Counted from the stretch's first letter, positions 35,161 to 48,046 are shown. The stretch is DNA of 64,000 nucleotides from an uncultured Methanomassiliicoccales archaeon (GCA_963695345.1 OY968769.1:1184001-1248000), one strand, 5' to 3'. Notes: generated by a model not told the origin, from the sequence alone. A program made the numbers and translations.

Positions 35161-36045
35161 TTAGTACTGGCCCATGTCGTGGGCCTGCTTTTCCAGGCGC
35201 CTGATGCGCTCTTCCATCGGCGGGTGGGTGGAGAATATCCGGACCAGGCCGCTCGCGGCGAACGGGTTGACGATCCAGAGGCCGGATGACGCAGGATTCC
35301 CGAACTTGATCGGGTCCTTTTTCACGCCTGCCTCGAGTTTCCTCAGTGCCCGGGCCAGGTACAGCGGCCTTCCGATGAGCTTCGCTCCCTCGTAATCGGC
35401 CTTGTACTCCCGACCACGTGAGATGGCCAGCTGCACCATCATCGCTGCGATCGGTGCGGTTATCGCGACGGCCAGCATTATCATGAAACCGCCATTGTCC
35501 CGGTTGTTCCCACCGCCGAAGAGCGATCCGTAGAAGGCCCATCTGGCGGCAAACGATATTGCCCCGGCGACGGTGGCCGCGATGCTCATGACCAGTATGT
35601 CCCGGTCCTTCACGTGGGCCATTTCGTGCGCCAGGACCCCCTGGAGCTCGTCGTCGTCCAGTAGCCTCATTATTCCCTCGGTGGCGGCCACGGTGGCGTT
35701 CTTCGGGTTGCGCCCGGTGGCGAACGCGTTAGGCATGGTGGTGGGGATTATCGCGATCTGCGGCATAGGCAGGCCGGAGCGGTCGGCGATGCTCTTCACC
35801 GTGCGGTAGAGACGCGGTGAATCGTTCATCGTGACGATCTTGGCCTTGTATGACCAAAGAACGATCTTCGAAGAGAAGAAGTATGAAACAGCATTGATCA
35901 GCGCTGCGAAGCCAATGAAAATGATAAGCCCCAGCAGCCAATTTCCTATGAAGTAGGTACCGACCAGCCATCCGACTACCATGAATAGCCCGATCATGAC
36001 CCCGAACAGGAGCATCGTCCTGAGAGTAGCGCCCATTGCACTCAT
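35161..36045 (-). CDS. htpX: Zn metalloprotease HtpX
   Basis: PNAFATGRNP, AHEMAH, AISRGREYKAD, FSTHPP...RI. Confidence 0.93.
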   Translation of the reverse strand: MSAMGATLRTMLLFGVMIGLFMVVGWLVGTYFIGNWLLGLIIFIGFAALINAVSYFFSSKIVLWSYKAKIVTMNDSPRLYRTVKSIADRSGLPMPQIAIIPTTMPNAFATGRNPKNATVAATEGIMRLLDDDELQGVLAHEMAHVKDRDILVMSIAATVAGAISFAARWAFYGSLFGGGNNRDNGGFMIMLAVAITAPIAAMMVQLAISRGREYKADYEGAKLIGRPLYLARALRKLEAGVKKDPIKFGNPASSGLWIVNPFAASGLVRIFSTHPPMEERIRRLEKQAHDMGQY

Positions 36046-36419
36046 TCTTTTCACCCTTTCCGTATCAATGCTAGAATCGCTATATAAAGAATTTGAAAAC
36101 ACTTCTATAAAAAGGCACCTGGTGATAGCATTCCATGCCACGATTGTCCAGCTATTCACTGTTCATGACGCGATTAGGCAACGGATCGATAAATATCGGA
36201 CCTTCAACGATATCTTACCGCACATGATCGCGGTGGGATGGAAGACAGACCTCATCCGGCGATGAGTTGGTAGGCCGGCCGATTGAAAGCAAGGGCACGC
36301 TGGGCGGTAGCCGAGAACTCGATGGAATATGGATTTGCCGGACTCGTTGAATGATAAAAATGATTCGGGGACCGACACACGATCGATCCGGCTGGTTTCT
36401 TGAGAAAAAGAAAGGAGAG

Positions 36420-37031
36420 TTATAGGGCCACGTAGACCACGTGGCGTCCTCTTTGCTCGGCCTTGATCTTGCCCTTGTCGACGTAATCGAGAAGCATGGT
36501 CTGGAGTTCGTCCTCTTCCATGCCAGAGGCCTTGACCAGCTCCATGAAGGTGTGACCCTCGGTGCTTGCCATGAGTTCCAGGGCGCGTTTCTTTATGGCC
36601 TCCGCCTTCTCCTTTACCTCCTTCTCGTGTAGTTCCTTTTCCTTCTCCGAGGCGATGCGCTCCAACTGAATGGTTGTCATTTCCAACGCCCGCCTCCGGA
36701 AATTCGACACGTCCTTTTCGAGGAGGTCGGATAGCTCATCGACATCGATCCCAGTGTCACGCCATTTCTCCAACCTTTCGCGGCAGGTCGGGGCTGCACC
36801 GGCAGAACCTTCGAATGGCTTACCTGAGGTCAACATGTATCTCACTCCCGTTCCCTTTAGTGCGGAATGCAGGGACTCCAACTTCTCTTGGAACTCACTA
36901 GCGTCGGCCACCTCGCTCTCGAATGCCTGTTGACCGTTCATCTTGTGAAATCCGTGATCGTTGAATATCCCCTCGACCTTGACTGGGGACATTCCTTCAC
37001 TGGAATATACGACCTTGATGTAAGCCTTCAT
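36420..37031 (-). CDS. Hypothetical protein with C-terminal winged-helix-like segment
   Basis: ORF from MKAYIKVVYSSEG; coiled coil, then HTFMELVKASG..E..L...L......GKI. Confidence 0.65.
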   Translation of the reverse strand: MKAYIKVVYSSEGMSPVKVEGIFNDHGFHKMNGQQAFESEVADASEFQEKLESLHSALKGTGVRYMLTSGKPFEGSAGAAPTCRERLEKWRDTGIDVDELSDLLEKDVSNFRRRALEMTTIQLERIASEKEKELHEKEVKEKAEAIKKRALELMASTEGHTFMELVKASGMEEDELQTMLLDYVDKGKIKAEQRGRHVVYVAL

Positions 37032-37145
37032 TTCTGAACCTTCGTGGAAGAAACAAAGGTAGTCGATAATAAATCTTGGCGTTTGGAAATCATTTAGAGA
37101 ACTTTCGATGACAATAGAGATATGCGAGGAGCCGATAGAGTACCG

Positions 37146-38346
37146 ATGAGCCGAGAGGAAGAACTGGTCACCAGGTGGTTCCGGGAGTACTACTCCAAAT
37201 CGCCCCCGCCCCTTCCCCCGAAGCACATGGAACGGGAGTTCGGTTTCATGTATATGGGAAAGGATTTCGTGCGCCGGCATCTGGCTTTCCCTGACCAGGC
37301 ATCGCTTAACCGTTTTCTGACCAATACCGTCCCCTCCCACGTCTATTATTCAACGGCGCTGTACCAGAACCCCGGGGCGCCCACCATGGACGCCAAACTT
37401 TGGAAGGGGGCGGACGTGATCTTCGATCTCGACGCGGACCACATACCGGGGGCTGCCGGCCTCACCTTCGAGGAGATGTTGGCTCAGAGTCAAGAGGGAG
37501 ATGATACGGCTTCTCGACGATTTCATACTGGACGACCTGGGCTTTTCCGAAAAGGACATCGAGGTGACCTTCTCCGGAGGGAGGGGGTATCACGCCCACA
37601 TCTACAGTGAGAAGGTGCTCAAGCTGAGACCTCACGAGCGTTCCGAGATCGTCGACTATGTGGCCGGGAGGGACCTGGATTTCGAGTGGGTGTTCCCCGA
37701 AAGGACCAAGATGGTCACGAAGTTCAAGACCGGTCAGAGGCTGGACAAGGGTACTGCGTTCCCGGTCGCTGACTCAGGGGGCTGGAAGCGCCGCATGAAC
37801 CAGGGAACTAAAAGGCTGTTCGAGGAATTCAGGAATCTCAGCGTGGTGGATGCGAAGACCCGCTACAAAACGTTCGCCTCCGTCGACGAGAAGCTCCTTA
37901 CTTTGCTGAAGAGAGAGCTGTTCGATGTGAGGGAGGACCTTACCGGCGCCGAGCTGATGTTCCGGGACGGCTCTTTCGATTGCATCGACGACCGGGTCAA
38001 GAAACTGCTGATCGGATGGCTGACCGAGGAGGTCCCGCCACGATCTTCGGCCCAGGTGGACGAACCGGTCACCAGGGACATCAAGCGGTTGATACGTCTT
38101 CCATATTCCCTCCACGGCAAGACCGGCCTCCGGGTCATTTCGATGACGAGGGAGGAGCTGACCGCCTTCGATCCGCTGCGGGATGCGTTCCCTGAGATAT
38201 ACCCAGACACCCCCATGAAGATAAAATTGGCCAAGCCGATCGACATGAAACTGAAGAGGGAGAGGTTCACCGGGGAAGGGGAGATCGAGGTGCCGACCTG
38301 GGCAGGCATATTCATGGTGCTTAGGAAATACGGAACCATCGCCTAG
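37146..38346 (+). CDS. priS: DNA primase catalytic small subunit; indel near 37490
   Basis: REFGF, P.HVYYS.A.Y..P, W.GADVIFDLDADH, FSGGRGYH, D..VT.DIKRLIRLP.SLHGKTG. Confidence 0.93.
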
Positions 38347-38426
38347 GCACGGCCCTATTTTTCGCTTGTTGTATCCAGCAACCATAACTATATAACCTGA
38401 CCATCTCAATTTTCCCCCGAATTCTG

Positions 38427-39272
38427 ATGAAGACCGGTAGTGATTTCGAGGGCGGATATCGTGTCGCTAGCATTCGCCGGGTCAAGAAATATCTGTACAT
38501 AATACAGATATTGATCATCCTGGTTTTCGCCACATACCTTATCCTTGCCGGTGGGGGTTTCGGACTGAAGCCGTTCTACCTGTCGATCAATTCGTTCATC
38601 TATTTCGTGATGATCATGCTCCTGGTCATAGCGGTGGAGAGCTTTGTTTTCACCAGCCTGGAGATGCGTTTCCTGAAGAGCAAGAGCACGAAGCGCTACC
38701 TGTCGAAGCAGCATATCAAGCGGGCGGCCTATGTGATCGTCGTCTGTGCGGTCGTCATCTTCATCCTTTGGGCACCGTTCATCACCAAGGCCTTTGAGAA
38801 CACCATGTCGACCACCGAATCGCTGGTCGCCGATTCGGCGTTCGTGGCTGAGAACAGGAACTTCTTCAACGACGACCCGCTCGGTGTGACGGCGATCAAG
38901 ACGGCGGTCTTCGAATCCACCGGTCTGGCGACCGTCTATATCGTCTCTGAGGCGAACTGGCTCCAATTCGGGGGACAGGCCAAGGATGTCGTAGGTCAGT
39001 ACCGGATCAACACCAACCAATACATCGTGAACACGACGCTCACCATCAGTTTCCCTGAGCTGTCGCATTCGAAATATTACCTGCTGGCATATTCCGAGAC
39101 GGGAACGCCGGTGACCATCACCTTCAAACTTAGCAGCGGGATTTCACCGACGCTTTACAGTTTCGTCCCGGTCCTCGCCCTCATGTTCATCGTGGCGTAC
39201 GGGGTCTGGGGAGCGTTCCTGACATTGAGGTCCAGCTATTACACGAAGGGCACTGATGCCATATACAGGTAA
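38427..39272 (+). CDS. Membrane protein of unknown function
   Basis: Three N-terminal TM helices, extracellular beta region, C-terminal TM. Confidence 0.7.
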   Translation: MKTGSDFEGGYRVASIRRVKKYLYIIQILIILVFATYLILAGGGFGLKPFYLSINSFIYFVMIMLLVIAVESFVFTSLEMRFLKSKSTKRYLSKQHIKRAAYVIVVCAVVIFILWAPFITKAFENTMSTTESLVADSAFVAENRNFFNDDPLGVTAIKTAVFESTGLATVYIVSEANWLQFGGQAKDVVGQYRINTNQYIVNTTLTISFPELSHSKYYLLAYSETGTPVTITFKLSSGISPTLYSFVPVLALMFIVAYGVWGAFLTLRSSYYTKGTDAIYR

Positions 39273-40142
39273 TTAGAGGAACGCGCAACAGGTCTCCTTC
39301 TTCTCGACCGTGACCCCCAAGCGCTCCAACCTCTGGACTGCCTCCTGTGAGGGGACGGCGATGCCGGCGATCCCTGCCCCATAACATCTCAACTCGAGAT
39401 CTGGCCTGCCCCTCGGCCTCATGCAGCCCAGGTTGACCGGGCAGTCAAGGGTGTCGACGGCGTATTCTACGATCTCCAGAAAATGATCATCGGAGACGAT
39501 CGGAGACCCTGACATCCTCGTTCCCACGGTGGGGATGAAGGACAACAGAGACAGTGATGATATGTCGTACTTGGCCACCAGATCTATTGCGGCCCTCTCT
39601 CCGGAACGCTCTTCGCCGTTCAGGCCCACGCAGATGTGCGGCACGACCTGCCTGGCCCCGGCCCGGAACAACGACGCCAGCGCTTCCCCGTACGCCTCCG
39701 GCCGGACCTCGAGCCCCAATACTCCGGAGATGACCTCCCGGTCCTGAACGATATCGATACAGAATATATCCACACCGGCATCGACCAGATCGGCGGCTTC
39801 CTCATCGCCGATGAGTCCGGGATGGACGCTGATCCTCAATTTGGTGTTGCGCTTGATATCGGCGATCGACGGAGCGAAGCGTCCAAGAGGGACGTTGGCG
39901 GCCTCGTTGCACCCGCCGCTCAGGAGGAACCCCAGACAACCGCGTTCCTCGAGGTCTCTGGCCAGCATCCGGAGCTCTCCCGGGGTCTCGGCGGAACGCA
40001 TGGCCCCGAGATAGTGCCCCCCGCAGTGGGCGCACTTCAGCTGGCATCGGGTCCCGGTCACCGATACCGAGGGAAACCGACCGCTGGGATAATACGCCAC
40101 CAATGTGGGTTTCCGGCCTATCCCCGACACAATAAAGACCAA
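39273..40142 (-). CDS. Radical SAM protein (biotin synthase-like)
   Basis: S.SVTG..CQLKCAHC, LLSGG, VPHICVGL, LGCMRP. Confidence 0.85.
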   Translation of the reverse strand: MVFIVSGIGRKPTLVAYYPSGRFPSVSVTGTRCQLKCAHCGGHYLGAMRSAETPGELRMLARDLEERGCLGFLLSGGCNEAANVPLGRFAPSIADIKRNTKLRISVHPGLIGDEEAADLVDAGVDIFCIDIVQDREVISGVLGLEVRPEAYGEALASLFRAGARQVVPHICVGLNGEERSGERAAIDLVAKYDISSLSLLSFIPTVGTRMSGSPIVSDDHFLEIVEYAVDTLDCPVNLGCMRPRGRPDLELRCYGAGIAGIAVPSQEAVQRLERLGVTVEKKETCCAFL

Positions 40143-40185
40143 AAGGTTTATTGCTTAAACACCTTTCCTCGGGGGAGGCGAGCTC

Positions 40186-40428
40186 ATGCAAGGATACAGA
40201 GCAGTTGGCTCATACAAGTTCAGCAATATGAATTACCGGTCCGAGACCCAGGACTTCAATATCGAGGTCGCTGCCAAGGACGAAAAGGATGCTGTTCATC
40301 AGATTTTGTCTAACATCGGCAGCAGGCACCGCATCGAGAGGAAGAACATAACCATCTCTCAGATGACGGCGCTCAAGAACGAAGAGGTAACAGACGTCGT
40401 TGTGAAGCACCTAATCGGTGGTCAGTAA
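40186..40428 (+). CDS. rpl18a: 50S ribosomal protein L18Ae (LX/eL20)
   Basis: F..EV.A.....A...I.S.IGSRH...R..I.I; conserved rpl18a-pfdA-ftsY synteny. Confidence 0.88.
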   Translation: MQGYRAVGSYKFSNMNYRSETQDFNIEVAAKDEKDAVHQILSNIGSRHRIERKNITISQMTALKNEEVTDVVVKHLIGGQ

Positions 40429-40878
40429 ATGAACGAGCAGGAGCTGCGTCAGGCCTTGGGCACCCTTGAGGTGTACAAGGCACAGCTGGAGGCGGTCGCC
40501 GAGCAGCAGCAGCTCATACAGATGTCCCTGGAGGAGTACTCCCGGGCCAAGGACACGCTGACGGAGTTCGCCAAGGCTCCGGAGAACGGGCAGTTGCTGG
40601 TCCCGATCGGCGGCAACTCCTACGTGTACGCCACCGTGGCGGACAACAAGAAATGCCTGGTCGGCGTCGGTTCCGGCATCACCGTGGAGAAGAGCATCGA
40701 GGAGTCCATCCAGCTCATGACCGTCCGGGTCCAGGAGATGCTGGACGCCATGAAGAAGATGAACGAGACGCGCAACGCCATGGAAATGAAGAGCGCGCAA
40801 CTCCAGCAGATCGTGCAGGAAGAGTACCAGAAGATGCAGGGCGCTGCAACAGCAGCAGCAACCCCGGTTCTGAGGTAA
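40429..40878 (+). CDS. pfdA: Prefoldin alpha subunit
   Basis: Coiled coils flanking LVPIGG...LVGVGSG..VEK. Confidence 0.92.
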   Translation: MNEQELRQALGTLEVYKAQLEAVAEQQQLIQMSLEEYSRAKDTLTEFAKAPENGQLLVPIGGNSYVYATVADNKKCLVGVGSGITVEKSIEESIQLMTVRVQEMLDAMKKMNETRNAMEMKSAQLQQIVQEEYQKMQGAATAAATPVLR

Positions 40879-40881
40879 TCG

Positions 40882-41826
40882 ATGTTCGAGTCGCTGAAGA
40901 AGGTCTTCGGCCTCAAGCCCAAGGACGTCCCCCTGCCGGAAAAGGCGGAGGAAGTGGTCGGCGACTCCGGAAGGAAGATCTCCGAGAAGGAGCTGGACGA
41001 GCTGCTCTGGGAGCTGGAGCTGGGTCTTCTAGAATCGGACGTCGCCCTGCCGGTCATCGAGGAGATCAAGGCCTCGGTGCGCGAGTCGCTGTTGGGCAAG
41101 CGCGTCGACCGCAAGTTCAGGGTCGAGGAGGTGGTGAAGCTCGCCCTGCGGAACGCCATCGAGAGGCGTGCTCAAGCAGAGCGAGTTCGATTTTGATGAT
41201 TATCGTCGCCAAGCACGAGAAGCCGGTGATCATCATGTTCGTGGGCATCAACGGCACGGGCAAGACGACCGCCATCGCCAAGATCACCAACCGGCTGCAG
41301 AAGAAGGGCCTTATCGGTCGTTCTGGCCGCAGCCGACACCTTCCGGGCCGGGGCCATCGAGCAGATCACCATGCACGGAGAACGGCTGGGCACCAAGGTC
41401 ATCAAGCACCAGTCGGGCGGGGACCCGGCGGCGGTGGCCTACGACGCCGTGGACCATGCCAAGGCGCGCCAGAGGGACGTGGTCCTGGTGGACACCGCCG
41501 GCCGGATGCAGACCAACGCCAACCTGATGGACGAGATGAAGAAGATCAAGAGGGTGGCGAAACCCCATCTGATCGTCTTCGTCGGCGACTCGCTGGCGGG
41601 GAACGACGCCATCGAGCAGGCGGTCACCTTCGACAAGGAGATCGGCATCGACGCGGTCATCCTGACCAAGATCGACACCGACGCCAAGGGCGGGGCGGCG
41701 CTGTCCATCGCCCACGCCATCAAGAAGCCGATCGCCTTCCTGTCCACCGGGCAGGCTTACGAGGAGATCATCAAGTTCGACAGCAAGTGGATGGTCGACC
41801 GGCTGTTCTCGGAAAGCTCCAAGTAA
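40882..41826 (+). CDS. ftsY: SRP receptor FtsY; indels near 41165-41310
   Basis: [41 protein letters not shown]. Confidence 0.93.
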
Positions 41827-41832
41827 CCGATT

Positions 41833-42637
41833 TCATTTCTTAGCTTGACACTTGAAGAAGGTGTAGCAAAAGGTCCCATCGTCTCTAGTGGTCCGTTCCA
41901 GATCGGCAATGCCGCGGTCAAATTCGGCAGGCTCGATAACGCCTTCGGCGATAGAACGGCCCCGGACGCCCGCCACCATGGCAATGAACGTGTTCTTTGT
42001 GAACCCGTCCACCAACGAAGGCTTTGACGCATCTACATACACCGTTCTGGGCGAAACCGTCACATCAACGAACCCGGCCGAGGTGACCACTGGGAAAAGC
42101 CTCCTTCCGATGTTGGCATCCCCGCCCAATGTTGGCCTGGTCCTTCACCAAACATCCGATCGCCTTCTGGGCATGCTCGCTGTCTGGATGGAAATAGCAG
42201 GAACCATGGTCCCCTTCGATGACGGTCAGATGGCCCCTGTCCCGCATCACCTTCCTGAGGGCGAGAAGAGCCTGCCCTGGTTTTGGAAGATGTTCCAAAA
42301 CAAAGCAAAGAAAGACGGCGTCAAAGCTACTCTCCGGGAATGGCAGGTCAAAAAGGTCAGCATGAACGAACTCGACGTTGGTCAAACCCTCCGATCTTGC
42401 ATGGGCCTCCGCGAGGCGGAGCGAGTCCTCAGAAATGTCCATGCAAGTGAAGAGCGCCTCGGGACTGTTCCTCGCCAGAATCGCCGTTTGAGCGCCGACC
42501 CCGCACCCGGCTTCGAGTACTCGGCATCCGGCCGGATAAAGGGTGTCGTAGTGGAGCAGGCCTTGCAGGGTGGAGGCCTGGTCATTCAGACGGCCGGATT
42601 CCCTTTCGGAATAGCCATGGACATAGTCGCACTTCAT
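41833..42637 (-). CDS. Class I SAM methyltransferase; indel near 42120
   Basis: YVHGYS.RE..RL.DQA, VLEAGCGVG, FVLEHL, EGDHGS; tail in second frame ending FCYTFFK. Confidence 0.85.
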
Positions 42638-42808
42638 TAAAGATCGGCCGGTGAAGACCCTTTCGAGGTAATAGAGTTAAGGGGGAGTGGGAAGGGATCA
42701 AACGGCTGTTGATGGTCCTGCTGTCCTTATCCGGAACCAGCTCGTTCTCCATTCTAGGAATAAAACAGCAACAATAATGTCCTCGACGGTCGTTGCTGAG
42801 ATAGCTTC

Positions 42809-43507
42809 ATGACCTTCGTTGACACCTATTCGATCGGCATCTGGACGATGGTGCTCATCGCGCCGATCGCCTACCTGACGGGGGCGGTAGCGCTAGTTGG
42901 CTACGCCAGGAAGAAGAGCATTATGGCGTTGCTGTTCTCCATCGGTTTCTTTCTTCTGGCCATCCCATCGCTCGACTATTCTCTCAGGCATTTCTACCAC
43001 TACGCCCTGGTCGACTGGGTGATCGCCAGCACGGTCACGGCCATCGCCTTCGTGTTGCTGGTCCTTGCGTATATTGTCCAGATCGGAAGACACTCGATCA
43101 GCCTGAGCCGGTTACAGAGCTGGGTGGTCCTGCTCTCCTTCGGGCTCACATTGGCTTACGCGTTCTATCAATACCTGCGCCTGCCCTTCTACCAGGATTT
43201 CGGCATCGGTCCGTTGGTCCAGTATATTCTGTACTATCTTTCGATCGGCTTGATCGTGATCGTGATCACCCTGATGGTCTCGTTATATCGCGAGAGAGGC
43301 AACCGGATAACCCTCGTCGGAATGGTCGGTTTCATCCTGATACTATCGGGATGGGCGTTCGTGGGAGGGCTGCTGGCCTTGGGAAAGCTGGCATACGTCC
43401 AATCGGTGACAGATGGCTGGATGGACCTGGTATTGGAGGCCGCAACCCTGCTGGGCTACATCGTGTTCCTGGCGGCCATGCTGAGCGCGCGGGCGGTCAA
43501 GCATTAA
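42809..43507 (+). CDS. Polytopic membrane protein (~7 TM)
   Basis: Hydrophobic ORF of 232 aa. Confidence 0.7.
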   Translation: MTFVDTYSIGIWTMVLIAPIAYLTGAVALVGYARKKSIMALLFSIGFFLLAIPSLDYSLRHFYHYALVDWVIASTVTAIAFVLLVLAYIVQIGRHSISLSRLQSWVVLLSFGLTLAYAFYQYLRLPFYQDFGIGPLVQYILYYLSIGLIVIVITLMVSLYRERGNRITLVGMVGFILILSGWAFVGGLLALGKLAYVQSVTDGWMDLVLEAATLLGYIVFLAAMLSARAVKH

Positions 43508-43561
43508 TTCGGCGGTCGCTGAAGCTCGTACAAGAAAATGGAAAAGCCCCGATGGGGGCGC

Positions 43562-44812
43562 TTATAGGTTAAAATCTGACTTGTGGCACAGGTTGGCGAT
43601 GACCGTCGCGAACACCTTGGTGTCTGAGACCAGGTTGTCCACCTTACAGTACTCGTTCGCCGTGTGGCACATGTCGTCGCAGGTTTCCCAGCAATAGGCG
43701 TCTATTCCCGCCAGGCGGAAGAAGTTGGCACAGGTGCCTCCCCCGACCCCGCCTGCCTTTGGTTCCACGTTCTTCACGTGCTCAATTGCCATGGACAGGG
43801 CCTTATAGGCTTCGGAGTCCTGCGAGCTGGGCGGACCGCTAATGGTAAGCTGTACGGTCTCGTAGGTGATCTTCACGCCGGTCTTGTCCTCGAACAGGTC
43901 CCCGATCCACCTGAGCGTCTCCATGACGTCCCCGGGCGAATACTGGGGCAGGATCCTGAAATCAAGGAAGAATATGTCCTCCCCGGGAACCGTGTTGACG
44001 TTGCCAACGGTCTGCAGCCTCTTGGTGGGCTCATAGGTCGATGTGGGCGGGTCAAAGAGGGGGTTCTTCACACCATACTTCGATTCCATATAGTCGACGA
44101 TGAATGTGATGAGCTCGGAGCCGACCTTCATGGCATTGATGCCCTTTTCCGGGGTCGAAGCGTGGGTCTGTCTTCCCAGCACCTTTACCTTGAGCCACAT
44201 GATGTGCTTCTCAGCCACCTCTATGAACGTTCCGTCGGCGTTGCCATAGTCCGGGACGTACACTATATCGTCCTTCTGGAAAACTCCCTGCTCCAAGAGG
44301 AACTTGATACCCTTTTCCGATCCGACCTCTTCGTCGGCCACCAATGCCAGGCCTATGGTCAGGTCCGGGCTCAGCTTCAGGTCGTTGATGGCCTTGATGG
44401 CGGAGATCGTCGCCACCAGCGACTGCCCGTTATCCTCAGACCCGAGCCCGAAGAGCTTTCCGTCGATAAGTCTGGGAGAGAATGGCGGATATGTCCAGGC
44501 GGCCAGGTCGCCCGGCGGGACAGTGTCCATGTGGCTGACGAACCAGACGGTGCGCTCTGACTTGCCCTTCTTCTTGGCGACGATGTTGGGCCTTAGCCGT
44601 AACTTCACGCGCTCGTCGAGGGCGTCGTACATATCGACCTCGTCGAAACCGCAGTTCTCAAGCATGTCCTTGATGAACCGCGCCCTTTCGAACTCGCCCT
44701 CTCCGCCGCTCTCCGGTCCTATCGCAGGTATCCTGATGATCTCGCTGAGCGCTTCCACCATTTCATCCTTTTTCGAATCGATGGAAGCCAATAAATCTTG
44801 AAGTGAAGGCAT
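43562..44812 (-). CDS. M20 family metallo-hydrolase (DapE/ArgE-like)
   Basis: SHMDTVPPG, G.GSEDNG, DEE.GS, HAS.P, GGGT.A, H..NEY. Confidence 0.9.
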   Translation of the reverse strand: MPSLQDLLASIDSKKDEMVEALSEIIRIPAIGPESGGEGEFERARFIKDMLENCGFDEVDMYDALDERVKLRLRPNIVAKKKGKSERTVWFVSHMDTVPPGDLAAWTYPPFSPRLIDGKLFGLGSEDNGQSLVATISAIKAINDLKLSPDLTIGLALVADEEVGSEKGIKFLLEQGVFQKDDIVYVPDYGNADGTFIEVAEKHIMWLKVKVLGRQTHASTPEKGINAMKVGSELITFIVDYMESKYGVKNPLFDPPTSTYEPTKRLQTVGNVNTVPGEDIFFLDFRILPQYSPGDVMETLRWIGDLFEDKTGVKITYETVQLTISGPPSSQDSEAYKALSMAIEHVKNVEPKAGGVGGGTCANFFRLAGIDAYCWETCDDMCHTANEYCKVDNLVSDTKVFATVIANLCHKSDFNL

Positions 44813-44992
44813 TCGAATCCCGTGATTAAATGCGTTCCCCCCTAATAATAGCTTAGGTTTAGGTTATCCAGTTTTGAAACGAGATACGCCCATCCAGATG
44901 CTCCGGCGTGGTTTACCGGAGGACGCTCGTTGTCTTGGAAATGGGACCGCCCCGGGGGGCGGCCCGGGGCCAAAAAGGACTTCCTTTTCGCA

Positions 44993-46168
<1,176 letters not shown>

Positions 46169-46274
46169 GATATTGCCCCCCAAGACTGCTGGCCTTGGAA
46201 TATTGTACGAATGGCAAAAACCTAGAGGTATAAAATATTGTCGATGTTGACAATCGACTTTCGACGATGCCAGG

Positions 46275-47579
46275 CTAAGGATTGGTTCGTTTCAATGGCT
46301 TCGCCAAATGCCGACGTGCGTTGACCGGCGGTTCATACCACCCCGTGGCCAGGTCACGATGCTCGATCTCCGTTTTGGCCGCCGATTCCGGCTGCTTGCC
46401 CCCGCAAAGCTTGCACCGGTATCCCCCGTTCCGCCCCATTGACTGCATGCTCTTGTTGCATTTCGGACAGAGGGGGTTCGCGATTTTGATCCTATGATCA
46501 GAGAGTTCCAGGATCTCGATCTTTTCCAGGTTGAGCGTGCGGGGGACCGCCCGTAGCTCTCCCACTGCCTTGACATAGTCGCCCGGCCGCAGTTTTCGCA
46601 CGACTTCCCTGAAGGACTTGGAGGGCTCGTATGCGGCCAGGTCCAACTCTTGCTTGGAACGGTCCGGCCGCATCGTGATCAATGAATGTCCTCCGGCGAT
46701 TGTCCGGGGCGCGGATGTTATCCTTCCCCTGATCGCATAGGTCCTCGCCGGGAGAAGTTCCTTCCACCTCTCCATCACGTGATCGTCCGTACCCTGATTG
46801 GAAAGGAACAGTACCCATCGGTCGACGCGCTCGGACTCGATGGAATCCATGGCTGAGGGCAGGTCCTCCAGGACGTCGCCTCGGATGCCGAAGAGCACCG
46901 GGCAGGGGGTGTGCGGCGATATCGCCCTCCGGCCGGCCTGGTCGTCGAAGTTGTTGAATGTGGACGGGAACCTAGCGTTCATCTCCCGGACCGAACCGTC
47001 CGAGACCTCGCGTTGCATGCCCCAGCGCGACCGTTCCCGGTAGGCGATCACCTCATAGGTGTAATCCTTGGGCCTCCAGGACATCGCTGCCGATGCCCCT
47101 ATGATCCCCCTTCCGCCCTCCATCTCGAAGCGGGTCGCTCCGATGCGATCGAGCTCTTCCACGACCTCGTTCTTCTGCACTATGCCCCTGACAGCTTCCC
47201 AGTAGAGTTTTGCCTTGGGCTTCTTCGGGGAGACCACCAATCCGGGGCTGGCATCCTCCTCGACACGGGACCATTTCTGCAGCAGCCGGGAACACCGGTC
47301 CATGATGAGGCCGGGGTCCGCCGGCCGCACACATTCTGGATAGCAGAATATCGGACCGTCCCTGATCATTCCGACCATCCGACACGGCCCCTTGCCATGA
47401 CCGAACCGCATGGTCAGGGCGGCGTTCCCACGTGTTTTCCAAGGGACTGCCGGATTGAGGCGCACCAATCGCGGAAGGCCTATCAGGTCATGGTCCCGCA
47501 TGGCGTCGATAACCTCGGTTGCCAGATATGTGGTGCACATCGATTCTACCGAATCCGTGTCATCAAACGCGACGTACAT
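46275..47579 (-). CDS. tiaS: tRNA(Ile2) agmatidine synthetase
   Basis: DDTDS...CTTY, LVRLNPAVPWKTRGN, GRGIIGA, PVLFGIRG, NQGTDDH, OB fold, CPKC/CKLC, RRHLAKP. Confidence 0.95.
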   Translation of the reverse strand: MYVAFDDTDSVESMCTTYLATEVIDAMRDHDLIGLPRLVRLNPAVPWKTRGNAALTMRFGHGKGPCRMVGMIRDGPIFCYPECVRPADPGLIMDRCSRLLQKWSRVEEDASPGLVVSPKKPKAKLYWEAVRGIVQKNEVVEELDRIGATRFEMEGGRGIIGASAAMSWRPKDYTYEVIAYRERSRWGMQREVSDGSVREMNARFPSTFNNFDDQAGRRAISPHTPCPVLFGIRGDVLEDLPSAMDSIESERVDRWVLFLSNQGTDDHVMERWKELLPARTYAIRGRITSAPRTIAGGHSLITMRPDRSKQELDLAAYEPSKSFREVVRKLRPGDYVKAVGELRAVPRTLNLEKIEILELSDHRIKIANPLCPKCNKSMQSMGRNGGYRCKLCGGKQPESAAKTEIEHRDLATGWYEPPVNARRHLAKPLKRTNP

Positions 47580-47614
47580 TTACGTCCCCCAGAGGGTGGG
47601 GCGAGTTATTAGGG

Positions 47615-47989
47615 TTACGCCGCATCCTTACTGACAAACGGTTCGGACGATATCTCCAAGAAGGAAGCGAACATGAACGATGGGTCATCCTCGGAGGGGG
47701 TCAGGACGACCCTGATGACGGAGCCTGCCGGGACCGAAGCCGCCAGAACGGACGGGGAAAGGTATATGCTAGCCACCTCGCCGCCTTTGTCCATCGCGGT
47801 TATTATGTGACCGGACTTGGATTGGTTGCACTGGATCACGATACATTCCACGGACACCTCGCTTCCTTCCATTGCATCCTTGAACAGATCGACCGGTTGC
47901 GGCGTAAGTTCGGAGAAAGCAGTAAGAAGGACAAGGGCGACACCGGCCGAGACAACCAAGGACCTAAGACCGACCTTCACCACACCCAT
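47615..47989 (-). CDS. Small membrane-anchored hypothetical protein (possible OB fold)
   Basis: N-terminal TM followed by beta-rich domain. Confidence 0.55.
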   Translation of the reverse strand: MGVVKVGLRSLVVSAGVALVLLTAFSELTPQPVDLFKDAMEGSEVSVECIVIQCNQSKSGHIITAMDKGGEVASIYLSPSVLAASVPAGSVIRVVLTPSEDDPSFMFASFLEISSEPFVSKDAA

Positions 47990-48046
47990 ATAACTGAGCT
48001 GGATTAGTTCTCAGATATCCATACATGTAAACTTTGAAAAGAACAT

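Noticed and set aside
36046-36419. Long intergenic gap upstream of htpX as a hidden ncRNA or small gene
   Set aside because: Only TATA-like boxes and weak hairpins; no C/D boxes, cloverleaf or convincing ORF
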